From IMG/VR virus record IMGVR_UViG_2713896785_000023: 26,308 nt of DNA. One strand, given 5' to 3'. This document shows, piece by piece, positions 7,479-16,309 of this stretch. Numbering within the stretch: position 1 is the first letter of the stretch; the number at the start of each line of letters is the position of its first letter. The DNA is from a virus. Taxonomy: Duplodnaviria; Heunggongvirae; Uroviricota; Caudoviricetes. The notes under the pieces were generated by a model. That model had not been told where the DNA came from. It ran no database searches and saw only the letters and a program-made list of their open reading frames with translations. The position numbers were made by a program, and so were the translations under genes.

Positions 7479-8879
7479 TCAAAAGAAACGCTCCATCTTA
7501 CTGCTGTCAGTTCGTTTGTTACTGTATCTGCGCGGTCTGGACGGCTGCATTGATGTGGAAAGAACCTGCGCGCTTTCCTGGTCTACAGGCAGAAAATGTC
7601 CGTTATAAAAACGTCGGTAAATCGTCCCCAGAGAACCATTACGTTGCTTCGTGATATTAATTTCTGCGATGCCCCCGGCCTGCGTATCCGGGTTGTACAC
7701 TTCATCCCTGTAAAGCATCAGAATGATGTCAGCATCCGCCTCTATTTCTCCGGAATTTTTCAGGTCTGAGTTCATGGGACGTTTATTTGGTCTGGACTCC
7801 ACACCGCGGGAGAGCTGACTCAGCGCAATCAACGGAAAACCACCGGATTTTGCCAGGCCTTTAAGTCCCTTTGAGATTTCACCCACGGCAAGGTCATGAC
7901 GCCCCGTGGTTCGGGTTTTTATCAGCCCGAGATAATCAACCACCACCAGTGCCGTTTCCGGATGTTTAATCAAATGGTGTTTCGTTGTTGCGCATATCTC
8001 GTCAATGGTCAGGTTCGCCTGGTCCACCATCCAGATATTGCGTCCGGTCATCAGCTCCACCCCCTTAATGAAACGCGCCCAGTCTTCGTCACCAAAGTTA
8101 GAGACAGATTTCAGGCGCGATACAGGCATTCCTCCGGCAGCAGACACCATGCGTTCACCGATCTGAATGTTCGCCATTTCCATTGTGAACAGAAGAACAC
8201 CGCGCCCCTGTTCAGTCACTTTGTCGATGATATCCAGCGCCAGTTCGGTTTTGCCCATTGACGGACGAGCCGCAATAAATACCAGGTCGCCGGGCTCCAT
8301 GCCGCCTGTTTTTGCGTCCAGTTCATCAATACCGGTCATCAACGTCCTGGATTTCTCCAGCCCCTGATTCCGGCATTCAACACGGTCAACCACTTCCGGA
8401 AGCACATCATCAATATGTACCGGCTGAATTGCGCCTTTTTCCATCGACAATGAGGCCATCATGTTTTGAGCATCCTTCAGAGCATCCTCGGCTGCTTCAC
8501 AGGTATGCGCATCACGTAAATTCTGTAATGCTTCGGTCAGTGTTTTTTCTGCATCGCGCAGTGCGGCATTGCGTCGCAGTGCTGCAACATAGTGTTCCAG
8601 AGATGACTTCACCCAGGTTTTACGCCCGGTATCAGTAATCACCGGGGCAAGTTCCGGCATCTCATTGCACAACAGCACAGGATCAATCACGCCGGACACA
8701 CGGGCCTGTCTGCAGATGCCTGTGTATATATCCCGGTACGGTCGTACAGAAAAAACGTCCGCCGGTAGTGTGGCCAGAATATCCATCACTTCCGGATCTG
8801 CCCCACGCAAAAAGAATGCGCCAATAACAGCACCTTCCAGATCATCGTTACGCCAGACCGGGCTTTTCTGGCTGATCAT
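7479..8879 (-). CDS. Replicative DNA helicase, DnaB family (466 aa)
   Basis: Walker A ARPSMGKTELALD, Walker B VVVDYLGL, overall DnaB-like C-terminal domain; start overlaps upstream gene stop (ATGA). Confidence 0.9.
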   Translation of the reverse strand: MISQKSPVWRNDDLEGAVIGAFFLRGADPEVMDILATLPADVFSVRPYRDIYTGICRQARVSGVIDPVLLCNEMPELAPVITDTGRKTWVKSSLEHYVAALRRNAALRDAEKTLTEALQNLRDAHTCEAAEDALKDAQNMMASLSMEKGAIQPVHIDDVLPEVVDRVECRNQGLEKSRTLMTGIDELDAKTGGMEPGDLVFIAARPSMGKTELALDIIDKVTEQGRGVLLFTMEMANIQIGERMVSAAGGMPVSRLKSVSNFGDEDWARFIKGVELMTGRNIWMVDQANLTIDEICATTKHHLIKHPETALVVVDYLGLIKTRTTGRHDLAVGEISKGLKGLAKSGGFPLIALSQLSRGVESRPNKRPMNSDLKNSGEIEADADIILMLYRDEVYNPDTQAGGIAEINITKQRNGSLGTIYRRFYNGHFLPVDQESAQVLSTSMQPSRPRRYSNKRTDSSKMERFF

Positions 8880-9763
8880 GCTGCCACACCTCCGGCATGT
8901 GCACGGTAGCTGGGCCAGTTAAAGGACAACAGGTTACGGCCACCATCCGTAACCCTGTCAGCAATACGTGGACTGATGTATGCCCACAACGCCTTCGGTG
9001 AAAGATTGCTGATCAGGATGGTTGGCAGAATGCTTTCGTACCGGGCATTGATAATTTCCTGAAGAATGGCCATTTCCGCCGCGCTACCAAACTGGACACC
9101 CACTTCGTCGATAATCAGCAGATCCAGTGATGCATAATGCTCAATCACCTCATCCGCAGTTTTTTCGCTGTCATTCCGCCAGCAGTTTTTCACAGCCCGG
9201 GTCAGGCGCATCACGTCGGTGATCTCAACACTGGCGAGATAGTTGCGGATGACATATTTTGCCATCGCAACCGCCAGGTGATTTTTACCGGTGCCACAAC
9301 TGCCAGTCAGCACGAGATTTGTGCCGTTCTCCAGAACATCCGCCCAGTTTTCGGCATAGCGACGACAGGCAGCAAGATTTCTGGCTGCGTCAGGATTAAT
9401 CTCCTGATAGTTTTCAAACTCACAGTCACGAAAACGCAGTGCAATTCCGGCGTTATCAGTCAGTTCTTCCGCCTTCAGGGACGACAACTCCATAATCACA
9501 TCGTTGATTTCAGCACTCAGGCAATGAGGGCAGTGTGAAATTTTCTCTCTGTCCTCGCCATTACGATCCCCCCACACCAGAATATGCGTGTGATATTCGC
9601 CATGTTTTTCGCAATATCCGCGACCTTCACGCATCCGGCAGGAACGATAAGGCCACGGTTTTTCCCCAGTCTCCGCAAACGCCATCTCAGACCGTAACTC
9701 ATCCATCCGCGCCTGTAGTCTTGTTTGTTGTTCACGCAGGTTAAACGTCATCATCGCTGTCAC
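8876..9763 (-). CDS. DnaC/IstB-like helicase loader ATPase with N-terminal Cys/His cluster
   Basis: Walker A LTGSCGTGKNHLA, Walker B LLIIDEVG; CPHC...C..H cluster near the N-terminus. Confidence 0.85.
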   Translation of the reverse strand: MTAMMTFNLREQQTRLQARMDELRSEMAFAETGEKPWPYRSCRMREGRGYCEKHGEYHTHILVWGDRNGEDREKISHCPHCLSAEINDVIMELSSLKAEELTDNAGIALRFRDCEFENYQEINPDAARNLAACRRYAENWADVLENGTNLVLTGSCGTGKNHLAVAMAKYVIRNYLASVEITDVMRLTRAVKNCWRNDSEKTADEVIEHYASLDLLIIDEVGVQFGSAAEMAILQEIINARYESILPTILISNLSPKALWAYISPRIADRVTDGGRNLLSFNWPSYRAHAGGVAA

Positions 9764-9764
9764 C

Positions 9765-10679
9765 TCAGAATGTTAAGTTGTCACTGGATTTACCGAATTC
9801 GTCAGACATGGCACCAAGACCAGACAGGATATCTATCTGTCGCTGTCGCCCACCTCCGGGAGCGGCTGGCTGTTGCCAGAAATCTTCGAAGTGACGATCG
9901 GGTCCAAAGAACGTCGCAGCCTGCTTCACGAACTGTGTGCCGGTATTTCCTGTAGCACGTACCCAGGCGGCATAACGTCTCACACCATCAAGCATGGTCT
10001 CCGGTTTTATTCCCTCCCTGATACGGGCTTTCCAGGCTTTGAAGGCTGCTGACTTGGAATTGCCACCAGCACGTTTGGGATATTCCTGCCAGGCCTGTTC
10101 AAATTCCGGTGAATATTCCTGTCGGGCAGAACGTGCTGGTGCAGACGCATCAGCGGATGCGCCAATAGTGTTTTTACTCTCTGTAGTATTCTCTGAAGTA
10201 ATCTCTGTTGTATTCTCTGTAAGATCGAAATTGGTTTTCCCTTCTCCGCGGCGAGGGGTTTCCCGTGTCCGCGGTGAAGGCTTTCCCTCCTCCGCGAAAT
10301 TGGGTTTTACAGTTTCCCGAAAACGGGTTTCCCCATTTCGGGAAAACTGATTGTTTTCATTGATAATTTCATTAAGGCGCTCACAATCTATACGGTAGAA
10401 CATTTTGTGCTCAAGACGCTTGTTGGTTTCAACCAAAATGCCTCTGGACACAAGATGCTTACGCGCTACAGCCTGTTGTTCAAATGTAAGTCCGGTTTCG
10501 TGTTGTATCTCTTCACGCGTTTTATGTACGCCTTCCGCTGCATGTGCTTTATCCTGCCAGTAAAAAATCTGACCAAAGAAAATAACAGCGTGCGGACTTC
10601 CCATGTATTTAACGAGCCCTGGGTAATAAGCAACCGGATGTCCAAAATCGAGCAGAAGATCAGACGGACGCATAGCCAC
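9765..10679 (-). CDS. Replication initiator (lambda O-like) with repetitive linker
   Basis: N-terminal HTH-like region, internal TENTTEITSENTTESKNT repeat encoded over the iterons, position immediately upstream of the helicase loader. Confidence 0.7.
   Translation of the reverse strand: MAMRPSDLLLDFGHPVAYYPGLVKYMGSPHAVIFFGQIFYWQDKAHAAEGVHKTREEIQHETGLTFEQQAVARKHLVSRGILVETNKRLEHKMFYRIDCERLNEIINENNQFSRNGETRFRETVKPNFAEEGKPSPRTRETPRRGEGKTNFDLTENTTEITSENTTESKNTIGASADASAPARSARQEYSPEFEQAWQEYPKRAGGNSKSAAFKAWKARIREGIKPETMLDGVRRYAAWVRATGNTGTQFVKQAATFFGPDRHFEDFWQQPAAPGGGRQRQIDILSGLGAMSDEFGKSSDNLTF
10177..10370. repeat. Phage origin of replication: iteron array plus AT-rich segment inside the O-like gene
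   Basis: Four CTCTG-containing repeats (10177-10222), then five GG(G/C)TTTCCC-like repeats at ~22-24 bp spacing (10234-10334), then AT-rich ttgttttcattgataatttcatt. Confidence 0.65.
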
Positions 10680-10893
10680 CTCCCAGGCGTTTAAACATTT
10701 TTCCGGACTGAAACGCCACCAGCGGATAACTCAGGGTATGAGTACGTCCCTGAACCTGGCAGACAACTTTCTGGCTTTCAGTGCTGACTAGGCAAACCCG
10801 CAGAACGTGACCGTTGCTGGTGGCGAACCACTGCCCCACACGGGGGCAACGGTTGTATCGGTGATACAGAGAATTAACGAGGCGGCGAATCAT
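10660..10893 (-). CDS. Hypothetical small protein (77 aa)
   Basis: ORF in the coupled early operon; start overlaps upstream stop (ATGA); end overlaps the O-like start. Confidence 0.45.
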   Translation of the reverse strand: MIRRLVNSLYHRYNRCPRVGQWFATSNGHVLRVCLVSTESQKVVCQVQGRTHTLSYPLVAFQSGKMFKRLGGGYASV

Positions 10894-11123
10894 GGATGTA
10901 CCTCCCGCACATCAGCCATGAGCATTTTGCTGGCTGTTTCCAGCGCCTGATCGGCGCTAATTTGCATAACAGCCAGTGAGTGAGGAACGACAGCCCCGGC
11001 ATATTCTGTTTCACTGGTGGCGTGTTTATGCGCCATATCTGCGATAACAGAGATGTCAATCAGTGCATCCATCAGGGTTTTAATTACCGTAACAGAGGTG
11101 TCTGAATAATGGTTATTACACAT
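10890..11123 (-). CDS. Hypothetical small protein (77 aa)
   Basis: ORF with GGGAGG RBS; start overlaps the stop of the 219-aa gene. Confidence 0.45.
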   Translation of the reverse strand: MCNNHYSDTSVTVIKTLMDALIDISVIADMAHKHATSETEYAGAVVPHSLAVMQISADQALETASKMLMADVREVHP

Positions 11124-11775
11124 GGCGCGCCTCCCATTGATTACGGCGAAAAGCGGTATGATTCACGCTGGTTTCTGCCTCATGGAATGCTTCAATACAG
11201 CTCTCGTAGTACCGCATTGTGCGCAGACTTAACCCAAGCTGAAGCATCATCAGGCCATCAAGGGTGATGTAATAACCTCGCAAAGAGTCACCATAGATGT
11301 GATAAGTACCCGGTATGAAATTGCGGGTGAAAAATTCGCGCGAGCAGTTCAGGTACTCGATTTTGTCGACGATGTTCTGGTGCATGCGCTTGAAATGGCA
11401 GGCTACATGCAGGGAGAAAATAACGGCCTTACCGTTAATAATCTCAATTTTGAGGAATGGGTGGGTAGGGGTGGTTGCCATAGTGACATCCTCATGTGCG
11501 AATTTTGAAAACTCACCACATGGGACGCCAATCACAGAGGTGGTGAGACGTACAGGGTTGGCGTAACCGGTCGCACATGACCCCGGCGCATCTTTCGATG
11601 CCCCTGCACGCCCCACCATAATTTGGATGTGAGGAAACGTGCGCAAAAAAACCGCTGAAGCGCGGTTATGCGCATGTGCGAATTTCAGGACGCCAATCCC
11701 GGCACCCGCTTTATAAGGTGCAGAGACAGTGTAACGTTCCAAAAGTGCAGAATCAATATTCAGGTAGCGGATCAT
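11116..11775 (-). CDS. Hypothetical phage protein, tandem paralog 1 (219 aa)
   Basis: Long ORF; C-terminal ~105 aa nearly identical to the adjacent paralog (MAT(T/V)PT(H/S)PFLKIE..NGKAVIFSLHVACHFKRMHQNIVDKIEYLNCSREFF...). Confidence 0.65.
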   Translation of the reverse strand: MIRYLNIDSALLERYTVSAPYKAGAGIGVLKFAHAHNRASAVFLRTFPHIQIMVGRAGASKDAPGSCATGYANPVRLTTSVIGVPCGEFSKFAHEDVTMATTPTHPFLKIEIINGKAVIFSLHVACHFKRMHQNIVDKIEYLNCSREFFTRNFIPGTYHIYGDSLRGYYITLDGLMMLQLGLSLRTMRYYESCIEAFHEAETSVNHTAFRRNQWEARHV

Positions 11776-12431
11776 AGGTGCACCTCCCGTTGATGACGAC
11801 GGAAAGCGGAATGTACCTGGACGGTTTCAGCTTCATGGAATGCATCAATACAGCTCTCGTAGTACCGCATTGTGCGGAGACTTAACCCAAGCTGAAGCAT
11901 CATCAGGCCATCAAGGGTGATGTAATAACCATGCAAAGAGTCACCATAGATGTGACAAGTACCCGGTATGAAATTACGGGTAAAAAACTCGCGCGAGCAG
12001 TTCAGATACTCGATTTTGTCGACGATGTTCTGGTGCATGCGCTTGAAATGACAGGCAACATGCAGAGAGAAAATAACGGCCTTGCCGTTGACGACTTCGA
12101 TTTTGAGGAATGGGGAAGTTGGGACAGTAGCCATGATGGCAGCCTCCTTGATCGGTGAAATACTTCCACCACCGGAGGTTCCAAGCTCGCTGGTGGCGGA
12201 CTGAACAGGGTTGGAACTACCGGCGATCAAGGAAACCGGCGAGCCTTTCGGCTCCCCTGCCCAGCCCACCATAATTCTGGCGTGCGTGAGCGCGGACGAT
12301 AAAAAAGACGCTGGCGCGTCGTATATCGCCTCGATCAATTCCGGGGTTCCAATCCCGGCACCCGCTTTATAAGGTGCTGGAACAGTGTAACGTCCCGAAA
12401 TTGCAGAATCAATATGTTGGTTGCGGATCAT
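11772..12431 (-). CDS. Hypothetical phage protein, tandem paralog 2 (about 219 aa from ATG; track gives 226 aa from TTG)
   Basis: As above; the N-terminal half shares YTV(S/P)APYKAGAGIG but is otherwise diverged. Confidence 0.65.
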   Translation of the reverse strand: MIRNQHIDSAISGRYTVPAPYKAGAGIGTPELIEAIYDAPASFLSSALTHARIMVGWAGEPKGSPVSLIAGSSNPVQSATSELGTSGGGSISPIKEAAIMATVPTSPFLKIEVVNGKAVIFSLHVACHFKRMHQNIVDKIEYLNCSREFFTRNFIPGTCHIYGDSLHGYYITLDGLMMLQLGLSLRTMRYYESCIDAFHEAETVQVHSAFRRHQREVHL

Positions 12432-12448
12432 TTTGTACCTACTCGCCG

Positions 12449-12658
12449 TCAATCCGCGTTTTCGCGCTGATTCCAGTCATGAACAGCACGTTCTTTCGAA
12501 TCAGGGATCTGGTTTGCGTTACAGCAAGTACATGCGACGTAATAACCATCATCGCCATCCAGAAAATATTTCACCTCAATGAGTTGTACTTCCGGATTTC
12601 CGCAGAACGGGCAAGGTTTCAGATCGACATCACCAGTTACACACGTCTTGGTTTGCAT
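12449..12658 (-). CDS. Lar-family restriction alleviation protein (69 aa)
   Basis: KPCPFCG...C.CC cysteine pattern typical of the Lar family. Confidence 0.65.
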   Translation of the reverse strand: MQTKTCVTGDVDLKPCPFCGNPEVQLIEVKYFLDGDDGYYVACTCCNANQIPDSKERAVHDWNQRENAD

Positions 12659-13512
12659 TATTTGTTCTCCTGTAAAAGATTCGCGAGCTCAGTGTTATGG
12701 GTAAACAGCCCATCCCATGTTTTCTTCATCGGTAGTTCACCGTTCAGATAATGGCGATATAACCAGGCGGCACCTTTTTTCTTCAGGAGTGGTTTGAAAA
12801 TCTCGCGCATTTCCCCGTTTTCCTGCTCAACCTGCCCAGAACGCTCAGTCAGGTATTGGTCACGTGCATACGCTTTTACACGCCAGCGCGGATACATAGC
12901 CTCCGGACGGTCGTCATACAGCCAGTTACGCTCTTCAAGGAACGCATTAATCTGACGAGTGTTTACACCGTTGAGCTGTTTGCAGAACTGCACAGGAGTG
13001 ATGCCATCGGCGAGATGGCTTTCGAGTTTGCTGATGTAGCGAGCCTGACGCTCTGCATACCCGAGAGCAAGGCGTTCGGATTTTTTGGCTTCAATCCACG
13101 CTTCAGCAGCAGCGATCGGATCGTCAAAGTCTGGAATAGTGTTTGAAGAAGGCGTTGCTTTACGAAAATACGCCTGCTCCATTTTTTCGAAGAACGACCA
13201 GGCCTCGTCTGTATCGACGATTTTTGACATGCGGGCAGCGCCGCGTTCTGTCCAGAGGACAAGTGATGTTGTATGTTTATTAACCGACTCGCTAAAAGAT
13301 AGTCGGAAAGATTTCAGCTCATCACCGCTGATTTTGAAAAAGTGTTTACCCTCAACGAAACGATCTTCGTTTCGAATGTAGTTCTGTTGTATACGGATTG
13401 GCGTTGTTCCATATCCCGCCGCCAACGTTTCGGTGGTAACTACACGTACTCCCTGCCACTCAATAACTGGCAAGTTTTCAGGGTTGACTAATTTTTGTTT
13501 ATTGATCATCAT
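12658..13512 (-). CDS. Phage antirepressor-like protein (AntA/ORF6N-type N-domain + KilA-C-type C-domain)
   Basis: N-terminal PVIEWQGVRVVTTETLAAGYG...FFK and C-terminal ITPVQFCKQLNGVNTRQINAFLEERNWLY resemble antirepressor domain families (memory-based). Confidence 0.6.
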   Translation of the reverse strand: MMINKQKLVNPENLPVIEWQGVRVVTTETLAAGYGTTPIRIQQNYIRNEDRFVEGKHFFKISGDELKSFRLSFSESVNKHTTSLVLWTERGAARMSKIVDTDEAWSFFEKMEQAYFRKATPSSNTIPDFDDPIAAAEAWIEAKKSERLALGYAERQARYISKLESHLADGITPVQFCKQLNGVNTRQINAFLEERNWLYDDRPEAMYPRWRVKAYARDQYLTERSGQVEQENGEMREIFKPLLKKKGAAWLYRHYLNGELPMKKTWDGLFTHNTELANLLQENK

Positions 13513-13588
13513 GAAATCCCCTTACTAATCAGAATAAGTCGGGCTGACGGAGTGCGGCCCGGCTTTTCTTTTTTCGTTCAGTAACCGT

Positions 13589-13849
13589 TCATCGCGTGGA
13601 CATTTCTGATGAATCACTCTGCCCATCTTCCGTGCGCGCTAGGCTTGGGTGTGGGAAAAGTTTTGGCTTATCTGGCCTAAGCTCATGAGCGGGAATCCCT
13701 GTTACGGCAGAAACGTCTGGAACATGCTCCACCCCTACAAGTCCAATCTTTCTCCATCGGGAAACAGATGGCTGTTTGACCCCAACGGCGCGAGCTAATG
13801 CATTTACGCCCCCTGCAATATCTATTGCTTTCTCAATCGCTGATTTCAT
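13589..13849 (-). CDS. Cro-like HTH regulator (start of rightward operon)
   Basis: MKSAIEKAIDIAGGVNALARAVGVKQPSVSRWRK = Cro/YdaS-type HTH; divergent from the cI-like gene. Confidence 0.6.
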   Translation of the reverse strand: MKSAIEKAIDIAGGVNALARAVGVKQPSVSRWRKIGLVGVEHVPDVSAVTGIPAHELRPDKPKLFPHPSLARTEDGQSDSSEMSTR

Positions 13850-13858
13850 AAAACACAC

Positions 13859-13963
13859 CTAACAATTGCTTTTTCTATCAAAAAATAATAGCAACACCTA
13901 TTCCACCATGCAATAGACACACTTATAGAACGCATCTACAATGTAATAGCGGAGGCTATATTT
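13859..13963. promoter_or_regulatory. Immunity-region intergenic (divergent PR/PRM-type promoters and operators)
   Basis: 105-bp AT-rich spacer between divergent cro-like and cI-like genes; contains the CTAT-N9-ATAG palindrome ctatcaaaaaataatag. Confidence 0.5.
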
Positions 13964-14710
13964 ATGTCGAAATCACAAATGAGCATGTTGAGAACCCTTG
14001 CAGATAGGCTCAACTTTGCAATGTACGAAATGGGAATGAGCCAAGCTCAGTTGGCTAAGGCAGCAAACATGGCTCAACCGACCATTTGGCGAATAGCATC
14101 GGGGAATGCAAGAGGAACAACGAAAATTGTCGATCTCGCTAATGCTCTCGGTGTTACACCGGAATGGTTAAGTTCTGGTGTAGGTTCTATGAGGGCAGAG
14201 AACAAGAAACCATCTATTCCACCAAAATCCGAATGGGGGAAGATAGAGTCGTGGGATGAGCACACGCCTCTAAGTGATGATGAGGTTGAAGTCCCTTTTC
14301 TTAAAGATATTGAGTTTGCGTGTGGTACTGGGAAAGTGATTAGCGAAGATCATAATGGATTAAAACTTAGGTTTTCAAAAGCTACCCTTCGTCGGATCGG
14401 CGCAAACTCTGACGGAAGTGGAGTGCTATGTTTTCCGGCGACTGGTAACAGTATGGAGCCTATAATCCCTGATGGAACGACCGTAGCTATTGACACCAAC
14501 AACAAAAGAATTGTCGATGGTAAGTTGTATGCTATTGGACAAGATGATGGTTGTGGCGGACAACTAAAGCGCATTAAACAACTACACAGAAGACCAGGTG
14601 GAAAATTGATTATCCGCAGTTACAACAGTGACGAATACCCAGATGAAGAAACCAGTATTGATAAGGTTGATATTATCGGGCGTTTATTCTGGTACTCAGT
14701 TTTGCTTTGA
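13964..14710 (+). CDS. CI-like repressor (HTH + LexA/S24 peptidase domain)
   Basis: N-terminal HTH (MSQAQLAKAANMAQPTIWRI); C-terminal GNSMEP (Ser nucleophile) and LKRIK (Lys) autocleavage motifs. Confidence 0.85.
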   Translation: MSKSQMSMLRTLADRLNFAMYEMGMSQAQLAKAANMAQPTIWRIASGNARGTTKIVDLANALGVTPEWLSSGVGSMRAENKKPSIPPKSEWGKIESWDEHTPLSDDEVEVPFLKDIEFACGTGKVISEDHNGLKLRFSKATLRRIGANSDGSGVLCFPATGNSMEPIIPDGTTVAIDTNNKRIVDGKLYAIGQDDGCGGQLKRIKQLHRRPGGKLIIRSYNSDEYPDEETSIDKVDIIGRLFWYSVLL

Positions 14711-14770
14711 ATCAAAAAGGAAATATTTTTTATTAAATATCAATAAGGTAACAAAAATCACCCCAAAAAA

Positions 14771-14809
14771 ATAGAACTTGCTATTGCCATAATTTATAGC
14801 AAGTTCTAT
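14771..14809. promoter_or_regulatory. Perfect 12-bp inverted repeat (ATAGAACTTGCT-N15-AGCAAGTTCTAT), candidate operator or terminator
   Basis: Read directly; lies between the repressor gene and the double-HTH gene. Confidence 0.4.
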
Positions 14810-14874
14810 TATGCTCTCATTCCAAATAGATGGAGTTAATGAGATGAGGGCAAAACCGACTCTGACTTTTAATG

Positions 14875-15542
14875 GCTTTTCCATGCACCCACTGGATGCG
14901 CTAAAAAATACCGCCGTTCTTTTTGAAGCTGGATATTTATTAGCTACATCAAATAACCATGAATACTGTGAAATTGGCGATACCATAGTTGCTTTGGCCA
15001 CTGATTACGCCTTCGAAGTAAAAAACGCAATTTTTTATTCAAGACAAGATATTGCTCCTGAAAAACAGCCTGAATACATGGTTAACCTTAGCACCCAACG
15101 TGAAGCCTGCGGTTTGACGACCACCGAACTGGCCAGACTGCTCGATCTTGACGAAGAGATTATCCTGCAATGGGAGAGTGGAGAATACGAACCAACCATC
15201 AGCATGCTAATCCCCCTGGCAAATGTCCTGGGATGCGATCCTCTTTCTCTGCTGAGTGAAAAAAATAGCGCTGCTGCTGTTACCGTAAATCAGCCAGACA
15301 TCCAGGAGGAAAGCATTGGCACACGTATAGAAGCCGCACGTAAAAAAGTTGGACTGACAGAAGCAGACCTGGCACGCATGATTCACACCTACAACGACCC
15401 CATAAACGACTGGGAGTGCGGTATCTGCGAAGTCCCCGCAAGCCAGATCATTCCACTGGCTAATGCGCTTGGTTGCGATCCGATGTGGCTGTTAACTGGT
15501 GGGCCTATTGCCCGGGCTTCATCAGATACCATGGGGCAATAA
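14875..15542 (+). CDS. Protein with unknown N-domain plus two tandem XRE-type HTH domains
   Basis: Two HTH segments (GLTTTELARLLDL...PLANVLGCDPLSLL and GLTEADLARMIHT...PLANALGCDPMWLL); GGAG RBS before ATG at 14875 (track start 14811 also possible). Confidence 0.6.
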
Positions 15543-15765
15543 CATCGCCGCGCTTTTCTACAAGCTGAGAGCGAATTTCACGAAGTTCTTCAACTGAGGA
15601 GCCGAAAGCCAGAGTGACATAATCGCCACTTCTGCCATCAAGATACATACGGACATTTCTCTCAACCATTGCGGAAACAGTCTCAATATGAAAACACTTC
15701 TGAGACTCACTATATAACAGAACATACATGTCAGCTGAGGAAGCCATGAAAAAGTTCGAAAACAT
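15505..15765 (-). CDS. Possible small antisense-oriented ORF (86 aa), doubtful
   Basis: Protein-like translation but overlaps the 3' end of the double-HTH gene and the 5' end of the next plus-strand gene; no clear RBS. Confidence 0.2.
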   Translation of the reverse strand: MFSNFFMASSADMYVLLYSESQKCFHIETVSAMVERNVRMYLDGRSGDYVTLAFGSSVEELREIRSQLVEKRGDVIAPWYLMKPGQ

Positions 15766-16111
15766 AACTGTTCTCCATGTTGATAACTTTGATTATACAA
15801 ACCAGGAACTTCTCCCGGAGGTTGTAAAGGCAATAGATGTTGCCGATATAGTGATTAGAGGAAAGAGAATTGTCAAAAACAGGCTCGCATGCACTTCAGG
15901 AGCAATGACAGAAACAACCTCACAGCAAGATAATTACGAAGGCATTTGTCTGGAGCCTGATTCATTTGCGGTAAATGTTTATCATTTATTGCATGCAACA
16001 CAGGTATTACATATGTCCAGTAATCACGAAACAAAAGTACTTGGCAGCGAAATTCTGAATTTTGCATGTGAATATGCAAAAGCTGCTGCCGAAAAAGAAT
16101 TAGCGCAATAA
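15746..16111 (+). CDS. Hypothetical protein (about 121 aa)
   Basis: ORF with GAGGAA RBS before ATG at 15746; no recognisable motif; not Arg-rich (not N-like). Confidence 0.5.
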   Translation: MKKFENITVLHVDNFDYTNQELLPEVVKAIDVADIVIRGKRIVKNRLACTSGAMTETTSQQDNYEGICLEPDSFAVNVYHLLHATQVLHMSSNHETKVLGSEILNFACEYAKAAAEKELAQ

Positions 16112-16309
16112 CAATAAATATTCCCTGAATGTTTATTACGGTTTTATAGCCGGGGATTGTTACAACCTTTATTCATAGAGGGAACTCAGTTATGACTTTC
16201 CTGAAAAATAAGGCATCGTATAAAACTGCCTGCCTCATTGCGCAACATGGAGATTCTTATCTTCATATAGCCAACCTGTATTTGCGCAAAGCATATGGGA
16301 GATAAATAA

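Noticed and set aside
7240-9744. Plus-strand ORFs inside Q, DnaB-like and DnaC-like genes (7240..7446, 7268..7654, 7896..8261, 8167..8367, 8312..8638, 8665..8922, 9137..9538, 9535..9744)
   Set aside because: Antisense to long, motif-bearing replication and antiterminator genes; no independent support.
10177-10340. CRISPR array in the iteron region
   Set aside because: The repeats are short, degenerate, about 22 bp apart and lie inside the initiator gene; this is the classic ori iteron layout.
11299-12158. Plus-strand ORFs inside the tandem paralogs (11299..11508, 11315..11566, 11931..12158)
   Set aside because: Their conservation is just the mirror of the duplicated DNA; the minus-strand ORFs are far longer and fit the coupled operon.
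14711-16111. N antiterminator among the ORFs downstream of the repressor
   Set aside because: None of the candidate ORFs has an Arg-rich N-terminal motif or N-like size and composition, so I leave N unassigned rather than forcing a call.
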